Shown here piece after piece: positions 27,246 through 39,870 of a stretch of DNA of 64,000 nucleotides (within the stretch, counting starts at the first letter, position 1; each line of letters opens with the position of its first letter). The stretch comes from Nageia nagi (taxonomy: Eukaryota; Plantae; Pinophyta): the NCBI GenBank assembly GCA_050084985.1, contig JBITNC010000001.1, forward strand, positions 21,886,001-21,950,000, read 5' to 3'. The notes under the pieces are model-generated. The model was given only the letters and a program-made list of their open reading frames with translations, did not search any database and was not told the origin of the DNA. The translations under genes were made by a program, and so were the position numbers.

Positions 27246-29867
27246 ACATTATTATTGTTAGGTCGGCTATGGTTATTATTATTTCCTTACATTATTATTG
27301 TTATGTCGGCTAGTGTCCTTTCATTGTAGTGGCACCCCTTGGACTCCTATATATACTAAGGAGGTATTATCATTTGAAGATGTCTATTGTTGTGTAATTG
27401 ATGTGATGTAAAGGAGGTTGCCCCCTCGAAGTGGCTTATTACAAAGGAGGTTGCCCCCTCGAAGTGGCTTATTACAGATTTTATCTCTTATTCAATGCGT
27501 TGAGCTCTCTCTTTGGTGATTTTATGCTATTTTGGGAACTTTGTTCATAACATTTGGTACCAGAGCAGACGATTCTAGGGTTTCAAGGCTCAAAACTAGT
27601 CATCGTGGAATTTTCGCTACCAATTTTTTTTCGTGAGGATTTAGATTCTGAAATTTATTGGGTTTTTAGAAGACATACCGAAGAAGTTACAGTTCAAATT
27701 TCAGCATCTACTTCGCTATATTTTTCGAGTTACACTCAGGGGAAGTTAAGGTTTATGACTAGTCTCAAAAGCAGGTCGGAAACAGGTGTTCTAGCTAAAA
27801 AGGGTATATCTGAAGTTTTACAGCTCTAAAATAGGTGAGACCTATTGGATTCATTAGGTTACAGATTGAAGTTTATCTGTTACAATTTTCAAGGTCTAAG
27901 AATAAACAGGTAACACAAGGCACTTCGTACAAGTTCACTCTTCTAAAAAATCCAAAAATCAGCACATCTTGGGAAAATTGCAGTCATTTCCTCTTGGACT
28001 ATCAGAATTTGACGAAATCTGTGGCATTGAAAAGAAGACATCTGAGGCTACCATAGGTATAAATTTCAGACTCTAAAGGGCCGAAATTTCATATTTACAT
28101 TAGTTGGAAGGTTGGATAATAGAATAGTCTCCAAATCACGATTTAAAAAGGTACAATTTATTTATTTATTTCTTTAAATTTGCATATATTTTGATTGGAA
28201 GGTCTATTTGGGGTGATTCATAAGCTATTGGAAAGAAAATAAAGAGAAGATTCTTTTAGTTATAGATGTGTTCTGGCATCTTTAAACATAGGAGCTGTCG
28301 TTACTTTGCCAGCACTGCATCCCGAGGAATTGTGGTCTCCTACAACGTACTCGCAGTATATCGCTTAGGCCACTGTTGGATTCTCTCACGTACCTTTGAG
28401 TATATAGAGAGGCCATCATGCTCATGCACGTACATGGTATATAGAGAGGTCCTTTAGGATTCCCTCATGTACCGCGAGTATATTAGCAAGGGCCCTTTTC
28501 GAACGGTTGTGCATTAGACAGCACTAGCACAGAATTGAGCTCCCACGTACCTGGCGTATATAGGGAGACCCCCTAGAATACTTAGTCAAAATGCCACCGA
28601 AAAAAATTGCTACACCAACTAGCCCTCTAGAGGGTTCATCCATGACTATAGCAGAAAGTGAAGACATATTCTTTCGAATATCCCAAGTGGAAGAATTGGT
28701 TAAAGAGTGTGTAAAAAAGGGTGATATGGAGGAATTAAAAAGGGATTTGACAAAAGAGTTGGCGACTAAAATGGATCAATATATGGAAAAGATTTTTCAA
28801 CTCATACAAAACCCAGAGGGAAAGATTCCTAAAGATGTTGATATGGCCCAGGGTTATCAGGAAAATAATGATATTATTCAAGGAGATAAACCCTTCATTA
28901 ATAAGCCTAATTCAGGAGGATATGCTTCTACTGATGGAAGTAATCAAGCATGGTTCTCAAGGGGAATCCAAATCCCCAAGATCGACATGAGGAAGTTTGA
29001 TGGAAGGGACCCCATCACTTGGATATTTCAAATGGAGCACTTTTTTGATCTACACCAAGTACCAGCATCACAAAAAGTAACTATTGCATCCTTGTATCTA
29101 GAGCCTGAGCAGGTTGTATGGTACCAATGGCTTTGTGAACGTAAAAAGGGTTCTATTATATCTTGGTCGATTTTTACAGAGGAACTGATAGCCTACCATG
29201 AGGATGTTAAGAATAATTCCTTCTTTACTCAATTGATAAATCTAAGGCAAGAAGGTTCAGTGATGGAGCACATTCAACAATTTCAAAAGTTGAGTCTTAG
29301 AGTGAAGGATATACCAGATGATAGATTGTTGGATCTCTTTATGGGAATCTTAAAGGATAAAATTCAACATGAGGTGCATCTATTTGAACCAACATCCTTA
29401 GAGATGGCTTTCAGGATGGCAAGGAAGGTTGAAAGTAAAAATATGGCAATGGCAGAATATTCCACATGGGAAGATGAGAAATTTCTACAGAAGCATCCAG
29501 AACTACTAAAATGTTGAGGACAACATTTTTTTGAAGGAGAGGGGCATGTTAGGTCCCTATACATTATTATTGTTAGGTCGGCTATGGTTATTATTATTTC
29601 CTTACATTATTATTGTTATGTCGGCTAGTGTCCTTTCATTGTAGTGGCACCCCTTGGACTCCTATATATACTAAGGAGGTATTATCATTTGAAGATGTCT
29701 ATTGTTGTGTAATTGATGTGATGTAAAGGAGGTTGCCCCCTCGAAGTGGCTTATTACAAAGGAGGTTGCCCCCTCGAAGTGGCTTATTACAGATTTTATC
29801 TCTTATTCAATGCGTTGAGCTCTCTCTTTGGTGATTTTATGCTATTTTGGGAACTTTGTTCATAACA
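27246..29867 (+). mobile_element. Young non-autonomous Gag-only LTR element (TR-GAG-like, chromovirus-derived) nested in the Athila-like element
   Basis: 3' LTR 29547-29867 (321 bp, TG..CA). 5' LTR 27246-27552 looks identical but lacks the first 14 bp. PBS TGGTACCAGAGC 27555-27566. PPT GAAGGAGAGGGGCA 29533-29546. Single gag ORF, no pol. Confidence 0.95.
28591..29517 (+). CDS. Retrotransposon Gag (308 aa) ending in a chromodomain C-terminal tail
   Basis: Intact ORF with PKIDMRKFDGRDPITWIFQMEHFF and LINLRQEGSVMEHIQQFQKL (Ty3 gag). Terminal EYSTWEDEKFLQKHPELL resembles the end of a chromovirus integrase chromodomain. Confidence 0.9.
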   Translation: MPPKKIATPTSPLEGSSMTIAESEDIFFRISQVEELVKECVKKGDMEELKRDLTKELATKMDQYMEKIFQLIQNPEGKIPKDVDMAQGYQENNDIIQGDKPFINKPNSGGYASTDGSNQAWFSRGIQIPKIDMRKFDGRDPITWIFQMEHFFDLHQVPASQKVTIASLYLEPEQVVWYQWLCERKKGSIISWSIFTEELIAYHEDVKNNSFFTQLINLRQEGSVMEHIQQFQKLSLRVKDIPDDRLLDLFMGILKDKIQHEVHLFEPTSLEMAFRMARKVESKNMAMAEYSTWEDEKFLQKHPELLKC

Positions 29868-32800
29868 CTCTATCTATTACTCTACTCAATTTTGTCAATC
29901 TTCACTTTGTAACATAATACTTGCATTCACTAATTTGAATTGGCACTATCACTTTCATATGTTATGAGTTTCTATGTTTACTTGTGCAATTAATTTTAAT
30001 TCATGTTAGAAATCCACAAAAATCTCCTCCACTTTAAATAAGCCACATGTCCTCATGTAGAGAGATTAAAAAGTTGGCTTGGACATGAAATGAGGGAGGG
30101 AATGGATAATGATACATAGGGATTGGGTAGGGTGTTATTAATTATAATATTTAGTGTTAATTATGGGTATACAAAATGATGACATGTAATGCTGGAAAGC
30201 AAGAAGTGAATAATTAATAAAAAAATGATACATAAAAGATAATATTGCCAACTAAAAGGAAAAATAAGTTGTATACCATTATGGAAGTACACTCATCATG
30301 GCATGTTATTGTGAAAACACTATCCTATTAGTGAATTATTGGTTATTTGAATTCCTATTGATGTTGGAAAGTGAGAAGTCATGGTGCAGGAAATGGAAAA
30401 TTACTCTTGTTAACTAGAAAACATTCCTATTACTACTAAAATTTGTAATCAAAGAAAATATGTTAGTACTTATAAGCCTCTAATTTCTAGTATAACATTT
30501 ATTCATGGGGAATAAATGTGTCCACAAGAAATTAGAGGAAGCACAAAATAATCTCTCTATATAAATAGATCGAAGAATACAATTGTGAGAGAAAAAGATA
30601 TCAACTATATTCTCTATTCATATATTGGTAGGATTTAGGTAGCAGATGTGGAACCTTGTTCCATACTACTATATTTTTTTCTAATATTATTATGTGAACT
30701 CCTCCTTTAAAGATAGTTTGGTATAAAATTTCAATCTATATCCATTAGCCATCAAGGGAGTATTATCTTCATCAATTGTTCTTAATTTAACTGCACCATT
30801 TGGATAGATGGTATCTACTTCATATGGACCCAACCATCGATTTTATAATTTACCTTTGAAATCCATGAATCTAGAATCAAATTAGAGTGCCCAGTCTCTA
30901 GAAGTAAATGTTTTATCTTGAATATTATTATCATGCCAAAGTTTTCTTTGATGTTGAACCATTTTTGTATTCTATACTGCTTGGAATCTCTACTCATCTA
31001 GAGCATGCAATTCATCTATTTTGGCTTATTATGCATCTGATAGTTTTATGCCTAATTTTGATGCTTTCGTTAGTGTTCATATTTCAATTTAAATTAGAAA
31101 AACTACTTTCTTACCATATATCAACTCAAATGGAATGAAACCTATTATAGTCCTCCATATTGTTCGATAGGCCCAAACTACTTCTAGTAACCTTTTTGTC
31201 CAATCTCTTCTATGTATGGCCACTATTTTTATCAAAATATTTTCCAACTCCTTATTTGTGAATTCAACTTATCCATTAGCTTAGCTATGGTAAGGAGTTG
31301 ATTTTTTATGCTTGATTTCATATTCCTTGACTAATTATTCAATAAGATTAGAAGTGAACTATGTACCTTGATCTGCTACTATCTCTCTAGGCACTCCATA
31401 TCTTGTAAATATCTTTGCATAAAGGAATGTAGTAATTACTTTATTGCATTCCTCAAGGGCTTCACTTCCACCTATTTGGTGATATAGTCAGTACAAATAA
31501 AAATGTGTTCATATTGATTGGAAGTAGGATTAATGGGACCAACAAAATCTAACCCCTACTTATCAAATGGTTCTATGGATAATTGAGGTTGTAGAGGCAT
31601 TTTTGAACTTCAAGTTTGTTTTCTCTCTCTTCGGCAGTCAACACATTATCAAACATAGTTGATTGCATCTCTAAATATTGTATGCCAATAATAGCTAATA
31701 TGGAGGATCTTCAATGTTCTCTTTACTACAAAAGGGCATCTACATGGTTCATCATTGCAGGCTCACATGATATCAAATACTTCATCTTCTCTAATACATC
31801 TTGTGATAACATTATCAAGCCCTATGTGATAGAGGTAACCTTCCAACCATGAAAAATAACTTTTTCTAATTAACCTAGCTTTTTCATTCAGTGTGAAATG
31901 TTGGGGTAACTTACCTATGATGAGATAGTTTGCTAGATTAGAATACCAAGGGGTTTGGATTATAACAATGAACAAATGTTCATCAGGAAAGATATCATCT
32001 ACAACTTCATCATCTATGTCATGTGATAACTTGGAGAGAAAATCTACCACTATGTTCTCTTTACCTAGTTTGTCTACTATTTACATATCAAACTCCTATA
32101 GAAGTAACAACCAATGAGTAATCCTACCATTTAAAATAGGTTTGTTCATTAGATATTTGATAGTAGAGTGGTATTTATGAACATAAACCTCATAACTTGT
32201 AATATAAAGGTAGAATTTGTTTAAGGAATATATGACTTATAAGAAATCCTTTTCTATTATTGTGTAATTTAAATCAACTCCTTTAAGACATTTACTAATG
32301 TAATATATTGCATGATAATTTTTATCATCTTTCTATCCTAGCACTCCCCCTATTGTTGTGTTTGAATTTTTAGTGTATACATGAAAAGGTAATTTCCAAT
32401 CTAGCCCTTTTAACATAGGTGTGGTAGTTAAACTTATTTTTAGTGAATCAAAAGCTAGCTAAAAAGCATGTGTCAAAGTGAACTCATTACCTTTGAATAG
32501 CAAATCATACAAAGGATAAGTAATCTTACCAAAGTCCTTTATAAATCTTTGATAGTATCTAGCATGGCCAAGAAAGCTTCTAACATCTTTTACCTTCTCT
32601 AGAGGTGGTAACTTTTGAATGAATCAATCTTTTCGGGATCCACTTTCAAACCTACTGCTGATACATGATGACCCAATACTATACCATCTATCATCATCAA
32701 ATGATATTTCTCATGATTCAAAGATAGATTAGTATCTTTACATCTTTTTAACACTATATCCAAGTTTTTCAAGTCTTCTTCAAATGTTTCTCCAAAAAAA

Positions 32801-34617
32801 GTAAAATCATCCATGTAAACTTCAACTCTTGAGTTTGTCAAATTTGCAAATATGCTAACTATTATTTGAAATGTAGTAGGCACATTATAGAGTCCAAAAG
32901 GTAAAAATATGCATGCAAATATGCCCCAAGTATAGGTAAATGTGGTTTTGTCTTAATCAAATTCTACTACCTATATCTAGTTATAACCACTGAAACCATC
33001 TAAAAATTAGAAGTATTTCTTACCTGAAAGATGATCAAGCACCTAGTTAATGTAAGGCAAAGGAAAGTGATCTTTACTAGTTGCTTTATTTAACTCTCTG
33101 TAGTCTACACATATGTATCATTTGCCATTTTTCTTCAACACCACCACTACTGGAGATACCCACTCACTATCTTTAATTGGGTAGATAAATCCAATAGCTA
33201 ATAACTTCTATATTTCTTCTTAAAATTTTCTTTCAAAGCTAGATTCATTCTTCTTTGTGGTTAATGCATAGGTTGGGAACCTTCCTTGATATAGATGTGA
33301 TGTTTGGAATATTATGGACTAATTCCCTTCATATCCTCATAGATCCAAGAAAAAATAGCATTATGTTTATGCAAAACTTCAAGTAGTTTCTTCTCTTGGT
33401 CTGAAATCAATTTATTATTAACATTCAACACCTTGTTTGGCAAGATTTCAACAATTTTTTTTGACATCACATCCTCTTCATCTTCATGTAAAAAAAATGG
33501 TTCATCAGTAATGTCCTCCTCATTCAAATGTTGTTAAATTATGGAATGGTCATTGTGTGAGCAAGGTATATTATTCATATGACACTACCAAATTTCATCT
33601 TCATCATTTTCCTATACATAAGGTTTCTAATCTAATGTTAAAATAGGCAAAATTTGATTATCAGTATCTTCTAAGTCCACCCACATTACATTCTCATCCA
33701 AAACCATTTTAGTTGGAGAGTACATCATAATACTCTTCTTTACTTGACCATTTAAAATTGTCATATTACCTATTCTACATTCAATGTATGCATTAGTTAT
33801 GGCTAACCATGGATGACCTAAGATGATGAGATATCTAGCCATATTTGTTTTGACCTTAACAACCATGAAATCTATTGGATACTCCCATTGGTTAACAACA
33901 ACTAAGATATCTTCCAATACTCCATATGTTTTAATGGTACACCTATTAGCTAGCTATAAGACCATGCTAGTTGGTCTAATAGAAGTATAACTTATACTCT
34001 TAAGAGTTTTAAATGTCATCACATTTATTGCTACACCTAAGTATACCAAAATGTTGGATATTTGAGTATTGAAAATTGAAACTATTACCAATGGAATCCC
34101 AGGATCAACATATTTTGGAATAAACAACTTACCCAACATTAGGTCAGCTACCTTTCCTACCACATGTATTATCTTTGGCTCTTCTTTCTTTCTTCCTGGT
34201 CTTTTAATACACAAATCTTTGACTACCTTAGCATATATGGGAACATCCTTCAGTTCTTGCAAAAGAGGAATTTCACACAAACATTCTAGAGTTCATCAAT
34301 AATGTTACATTTTGTAGTTAACACTTTATGAACAACTAGAGGACTCTCAAATCTTTTTGGAAATAGAAGAATCTTATTCCTCTATGTAGCATGTTGCACT
34401 CCATCTAATGTATCTATTACAAGTTCAACATCATCATCTTTTATATAATCTACAATTGGCCTTGAAATATTGACCAGTTGCTTCCTTGACCTCAATTGGA
34501 CAACATTCAATCCCATAATCTAATTATCCTGAACATAATAAATTATTGGTTTGGTATTATTTAGATTTGGGACTAGTTGAGAGGGTAATTGTATGGGAGG
34601 CCTTTGTTGTTGTGGTT

Positions 34618-36247
34618 GTGTTGGCTTTCCAGCTTATGGTTATTGTATCAGAGGAGTAGGTAGATATTGTTGTTGTTGCAAAGGAGTAGGTAGATACTAT
34701 TATTAATGTTGTTATGGAGGAACAGGTAAGTACTACTATTGCAAATTCTAATTTTGGCCTTGGAGAGGGTCTTGGTAGTATTGAGGTGATCCCCATTGAA
34801 ATGACTAATTATTATATGGTTTTTGATTTGGATTTTGAGCATACCTTTATCATCTCCAAGTTGGAGGAACTTGATTTTGAATCCAATTAGAAAATTATTG
34901 TACTAGAGGTTGTGAGTTGTTGAACCGCTATGGTTGGAAAAAGTTCGCTTCCTCCATTTCCATAAACTCGAACATTTTTAAGAGAAGGCAAAATTGGACA
35001 TTCATCAGTGCTATGAGTATCCTCATAAATACTACAAATCTTACCTTTATCTAAAGGATACTCATGCTTAGCATGTCTTTTAGTACACTTTGGACAAAAG
35101 GATGAGAGAACCTTTTCTACCTCTTCCCTCTTCTTATTAGATTTCAATTGGTCCATAGAAGATGAAAAAGTGGATAAAATATCTATCTTAAATGACTCCA
35201 AAAGATTTCCAATTTGTTCTCTTGTAACCCCACTCTACTCTTTACTAGTACATAGAGTTTCTAAATTGATTCTTTACTTCAAATTATTTCTAGAATAGTT
35301 TTTACATAATATTTTTACCTCTCTATATATCAAGCATAAAACCATCTCCTCTAGATATCAAATTCAATGCATCAAGACAATCTTCTTACATTCCTTTAAG
35401 AAAAAGTACCTCTAATGTGTCTTCACTGAGTGTTGGTTTTCTAGCTTGTGGTTGTTGTATCAAAGGAGCAATTAGATATTGTTGTTGTTGTAAAGGAGTA
35501 GGTAGATACTATTATTGTTGTTGTTGTGGGGGAATAGGCAAGTACTACTGCTGCAAATTCCAATTTTGGCCTTGGAGAGGCTCTTGGTAGTATAAAGGTG
35601 ATCCCCATGGAAATGATTGATTATTATATGGTTGTTGATTTGGATTTTGAGCATACCTTTATTGTCTCCAAGCTAGAGAAACTTGATTTTGAATCCAATT
35701 AAAAAATTATTGTGTTGTAGGTTGTGAGTTATTGAACCACCATGGTTGCAAAAAGTTGGCTTCCTCCATTTCCATAAATTCAAACATTTTTAAGAGAAGG
35801 CAAAATTGTACATTCATTAGTGCTATGAGTATCCTCAAAAATACTACAAATCTTGCCTTTATCTAAAGGACACTCATGCTTAGCATGTCTTTTAGTACAT
35901 TTTGGACAAAAGGATGAGAGAAATTTTTCTACATATTCCCTCTTCTTATCAAATTTCAATTGGTCCATAGAATATGAAAAAGTGGATAGAATATCTATCT
36001 TAAATTACTCTAAAAGATTTCTAATTTGTTCTCTTATAACCCCACTCTACTCTTTACTAGTACCTAGAGTTTTTGAATTGATTCTTTTCTTTAAATTATT
36101 TATAGAATAGTTTTTACACAATATTTTTACCTCTCTATAAATCAAGAATAAAAACCTTTCCTATAGATATCAAATTCAATGCATCAAGATAATCTTCTTG
36201 TATTCCTATAAGAAAAAGTACCTTCAATGTGTCTTCAGTGAGTGTTG
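34618..36247 (-). repeat. ~812-bp tandem duplication within Athila gag
   Basis: Constant offset ~812 (TGTCTTCA(C/G)TGAGTGTTG at 35418 and 36230). The ORF track shows duplicated peptides FCPKCTKRHAKHE.PLD. Confidence 0.9.
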
Positions 36248-37008
36248 AATGTTTATAACATTGAATACTAAATTCAAATCATTCTAGGTAATCCTCCAAG
36301 GGTTCCTCCTCTTTCTTTTGCAAGTGAATAATTTCATCCTTTATTTCCTTGACCCTAGAGTAATCTTGATACTTAGTTAGAAATTCACTTTTCATTGATT
36401 CCCATGTATGAATGTCCTTATTAACTAAACCCATAAACCATCTCAAAGCATGTCATTTCAAAGTGGATGGAAATAGTTTAAGCTTGTGTGCATCAGTTGT
36501 ATGATCATAACCTCTACATAGGACATCAAATTAAAACAAAAAGACATTAGGCTCTTCATTAGGACTACCAGTAAAGGTAGGAATTAGTGCATGTGGAATG
36601 TTCTTTATTTTAGTCCTAGGTGCACCTGCATGAATTGTAAACTAAAATGTGGTGGATGTTTCAACATTGCCTCTTTCCATGTTGGATATTTCTAACTTAG
36701 TATCCTATTTTCCCTTTGATGATGAATTGTTTGTGTGTTCTATCAATTTTGTTGAATGACTAATAATTGATTTCTCTAGGTCTGTAAGAGTACCTTTATC
36801 TTCTGTATTTTTATTCTTCACAAACTACCTATATTTGTCTCTAGCTCTGGATTTAGACATATAGTGACTAACAACTAAATGATGTTATTAAAATGTATAG
36901 AAAATAATCAAAGAAAAACATCAACTTTATCTTTAAAGTTGATTATATTCTAGTCAACATAAAAAAAACTCTATTATTTTAGTACCTTCCCTAACAATGA
37001 TGCTAAAA

Positions 37009-38152
37009 TGATGGGTTAGTTTCATTAGACTACCAATATAGGAAGGGAGATTATGAAGGTATCATGCAAAATATATGTACAATAGGGTTTGTCTAGAATG
37101 CCTAACTATTTTTCCAAATTACAAATTCTAGCCAAGGTTAAACACTTGAAGCCAAATGGTTCCAACACCCAACTATTGGATTTTGAACAAAGATAGAAAA
37201 TAGGGAAATCTAGTTCTAATAAGAATTTCCTAAAACTATGGTTGTAGAACCACATCCTTGGTGTAGGAATTACAAGTTAGAATACTTAATAGAAATAAAC
37301 AAGTGCCAATAGAGAACATCTAGCCTGTAATTATAGGATCATAGCTCTATGTAGAGATTCACTTAATCAACATTACTAAGCAATGAAAGTAATTTATCTT
37401 AAATCAATAGAATGCACGAAAGCCTAAAAAAATAAAGCAATAACCATTCTAGCCCAATTTATATACTCCATTCTAATTCACTCAACAAGGGGGCTCATTA
37501 ATTCCAATAAACTACAATAGAATGAAATAGGGAATAATTAACAGCAAATTGGGAAATGATATCATTAACTCCTCAAGTGAAATATTACATCAAATGTCTA
37601 CTTCTAGAAGTACTGAATGTAATACTAATACTATCTAAAGACTACAATTATTTGATCATTAACTTAAATATAAAATAAAGGATAATTATCTTTACTTGTT
37701 CTAAGGTGCTTTCAAGAAGCATTACTACATAACTTGGAATCAAAATAACTAACTGATTGATTGCCATAATGAATCTAGATTTCTAGGAGACATGATTAGC
37801 ATTGATCTATCTAGGATTCCACTACTTTCTTCAAAAAAATCACATCTAGGTATCCTCCTATGTTGCTCCCAACTTCCTCTTCATTACTTCCATGAATAGT
37901 AGCAATCAACACTATTATGCATTGTATGCCCACTTTGCCAAGTCATCCAAAACCATGTCCAATTCTATTCAATAATCAATACAAACCACATGAATACATT
38001 CCCATTTTCCATTATCCTAATTATTTCATAATCTATTAAATATTTACTTGGTAAGGAAGGAAAATAGGGTAAAAATGGAAGAAATTAATAGTAGATGAGT
38101 GAAAGGAATTGATACCATTGGAGGGAAAACATATGAATTTTGAGATTCATCA
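37009..38152 (-). repeat. 5' LTR of Athila-like element
   Basis: Homologous to 23185-24370, with the PBS adjacent. Confidence 0.92.
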
Positions 38153-38198
38153 CCTTGCACTAGATGTTTAATAAGAAATGCATGCCCATGCCCATCTC
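38153..38198 (-). pseudogene. Detached N-terminal piece of the UGT pseudogene exon 1
   Basis: Encodes GDGHGHAFLIKHLVQG, versus GDGRGHALLVPHPVQG in the intact gene. Abuts the Athila 5' LTR. Confidence 0.9.
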
Positions 38199-38199
38199 C

Positions 38200-39870
38200 A
38201 AAAGAGAATGTTGCTAAGATAAGCAAGAAAAATAAATAAAGAACAACATAAGCATATTAGAAAAACATTTGAACTATGCTCACAAATTGGGAACCAAAAC
38301 CCAAAATCTTCAGCATAGAAAGGATGAACACTCATTTGATTTGATCTTAAAATTTATCAATATCTATTTTAATTAAGAGGGCATGTTGATTAGAGGATCG
38401 AGCCCATCTCATGCCTTCCTACATTGCTATGATATTTTCCAAAATGTAACAATTATGTATGAAACCAATTTTCTTTGAGTGAACTATATTAGAAAGGAAG
38501 GCTTGAAGACATAAAGTGGGAGCTTTGGAAATAATCTTATAACTAACATTCAGAATGATGATGGGCATCCAATTGGTAATGAGCTCCAAGTCCCCATGCT
38601 TAGGGATAAAATTTATATTACCTTTGTTAATAATAGAACTAAGAGAGCCTATGTGTAATGCATCTAGGTAGAATTTATGTAAATCAAGGCCAATAAACTC
38701 CCAACAAGATTTGTAAAATTTATAGGGAAAACCGTCTCTTTTGGGAGAGGGAATATTCTATCTCTTTAAGTGAGAGGAGCTTTTCGTACTCAATACAAAG
38801 AAAAGGTGAAAGGTGATATGGTATCATAACTTTGCAACATTGCAATGCTTAAGTTCTATTTGAGGCATATGGTTGAGATACAAAAACTTGCATGTAATGA
38901 CAAGTAAAATACTTGGCAATCTCAAGAAGAGATTTTAATTGGATTTCATTCATCATATAAAGCTTTGAATTGGGTGTATTTCCTTTGAGGTATTAATCTT
39001 TGAAAGAATGTTTTGGTTACTTTATCCCCGATCTTAAGCCAATGCAATCTAACCTTAATCTGATCTCCTTTGGCTTCATATAACTTCACTAACTTAAGCT
39101 CATACTTGATTTGAGAAACATGGGATTCTAGGTGATAGCAAAAGGGGATGGATTCTAGATGAAAAGAGACTTAAGTAAATTCTACTTGAAGCACAGAGGT
39201 GGAGTGATGAAGGAATTAAGAAATATTCTTACCAAGCCTAGGAAGGAGAGTAGTGGTTTAGATAATTACATCATTCCATCATGCAATCCATCTTGTCTCC
39301 TCAAAAGATCTGGGGATCATATTCCACACATGATGGATGTGATAGAGTATAACATCACTTTGTAGGAAAGAATTATTAAGAAAGAACTAGGATCTATAAT
39401 GCCACTTTGAAAGAGAAGCAATCTCAATTTTGAAAGTAATAGGGAATTATCAGAGAAGATGAGCCTTAATATAGTTTGGACAAATGAAGCAGAAGAAAAA
39501 TATCAAGATATGAAGAATTATAAATGATTAGAAAGTGTTGCATGATTAAGGCACATTATGACTCTTGTACGGCCAACTTAGAGATTAGGCCACATGTACC
39601 ATAAATGCTCAAGACAGTGTTCTATAATAAATTTAGCCTTAGGACAAGATAATCCAAGATTATGCTTCATAAAGAATCACACTTCGTACTCGCTAAGGAC
39701 CCATTTATTAGGAATGGTGCTTATTTTATCAAAGGTTTTTTCAACTATATTAAAATATCCACACATAAACCAAATGAATATTCAAAGTGATAATGCACAC
39801 CACCTCCATAAAGTACACCTTTTTGGGGTCTCATTTGAGGCATAAACATTAATGAATTTGAATGACATGC
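38200..39870 (-). mobile_element. Degenerate L1-clade LINE ORF2 fragment (endonuclease to N-terminal RT)
   Basis: Remnants FINVYASN (EN), SP..DGF..FYK, GNINFIPK and NWMPIIILN (cf. NWRPITLLN). Confidence 0.75.

Larger units (their letters stand above)
23185..38152 (-). mobile_element. Full-length old Athila-like Ty3/Gypsy element with post-pol (env-like) ORF region, inserted in UGT exon 1
   Basis: Diverged LTRs 37009-38152 (5') and 23185-24370 (3'). PBS TAGCATCATTGTTAGGGA at ~36988-37005 is a transition-decayed Athila TGGCGCCGTTGCCGGGGA. PPT 24371-24380. Gag ~36860-34300, PR/RT (YMDDF)/RH/INT ~34300-30715, extra ORF ~27050-24660. Confidence 0.93.

Noticed and set aside
28334-28570. CRISPR array interpretation of the repeat/variable-spacer pattern
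   Set aside because: Repeats are short and degenerate, the context is a eukaryotic retroelement leader, and there are no cas genes. Kept as an RNA stem-loop array instead.
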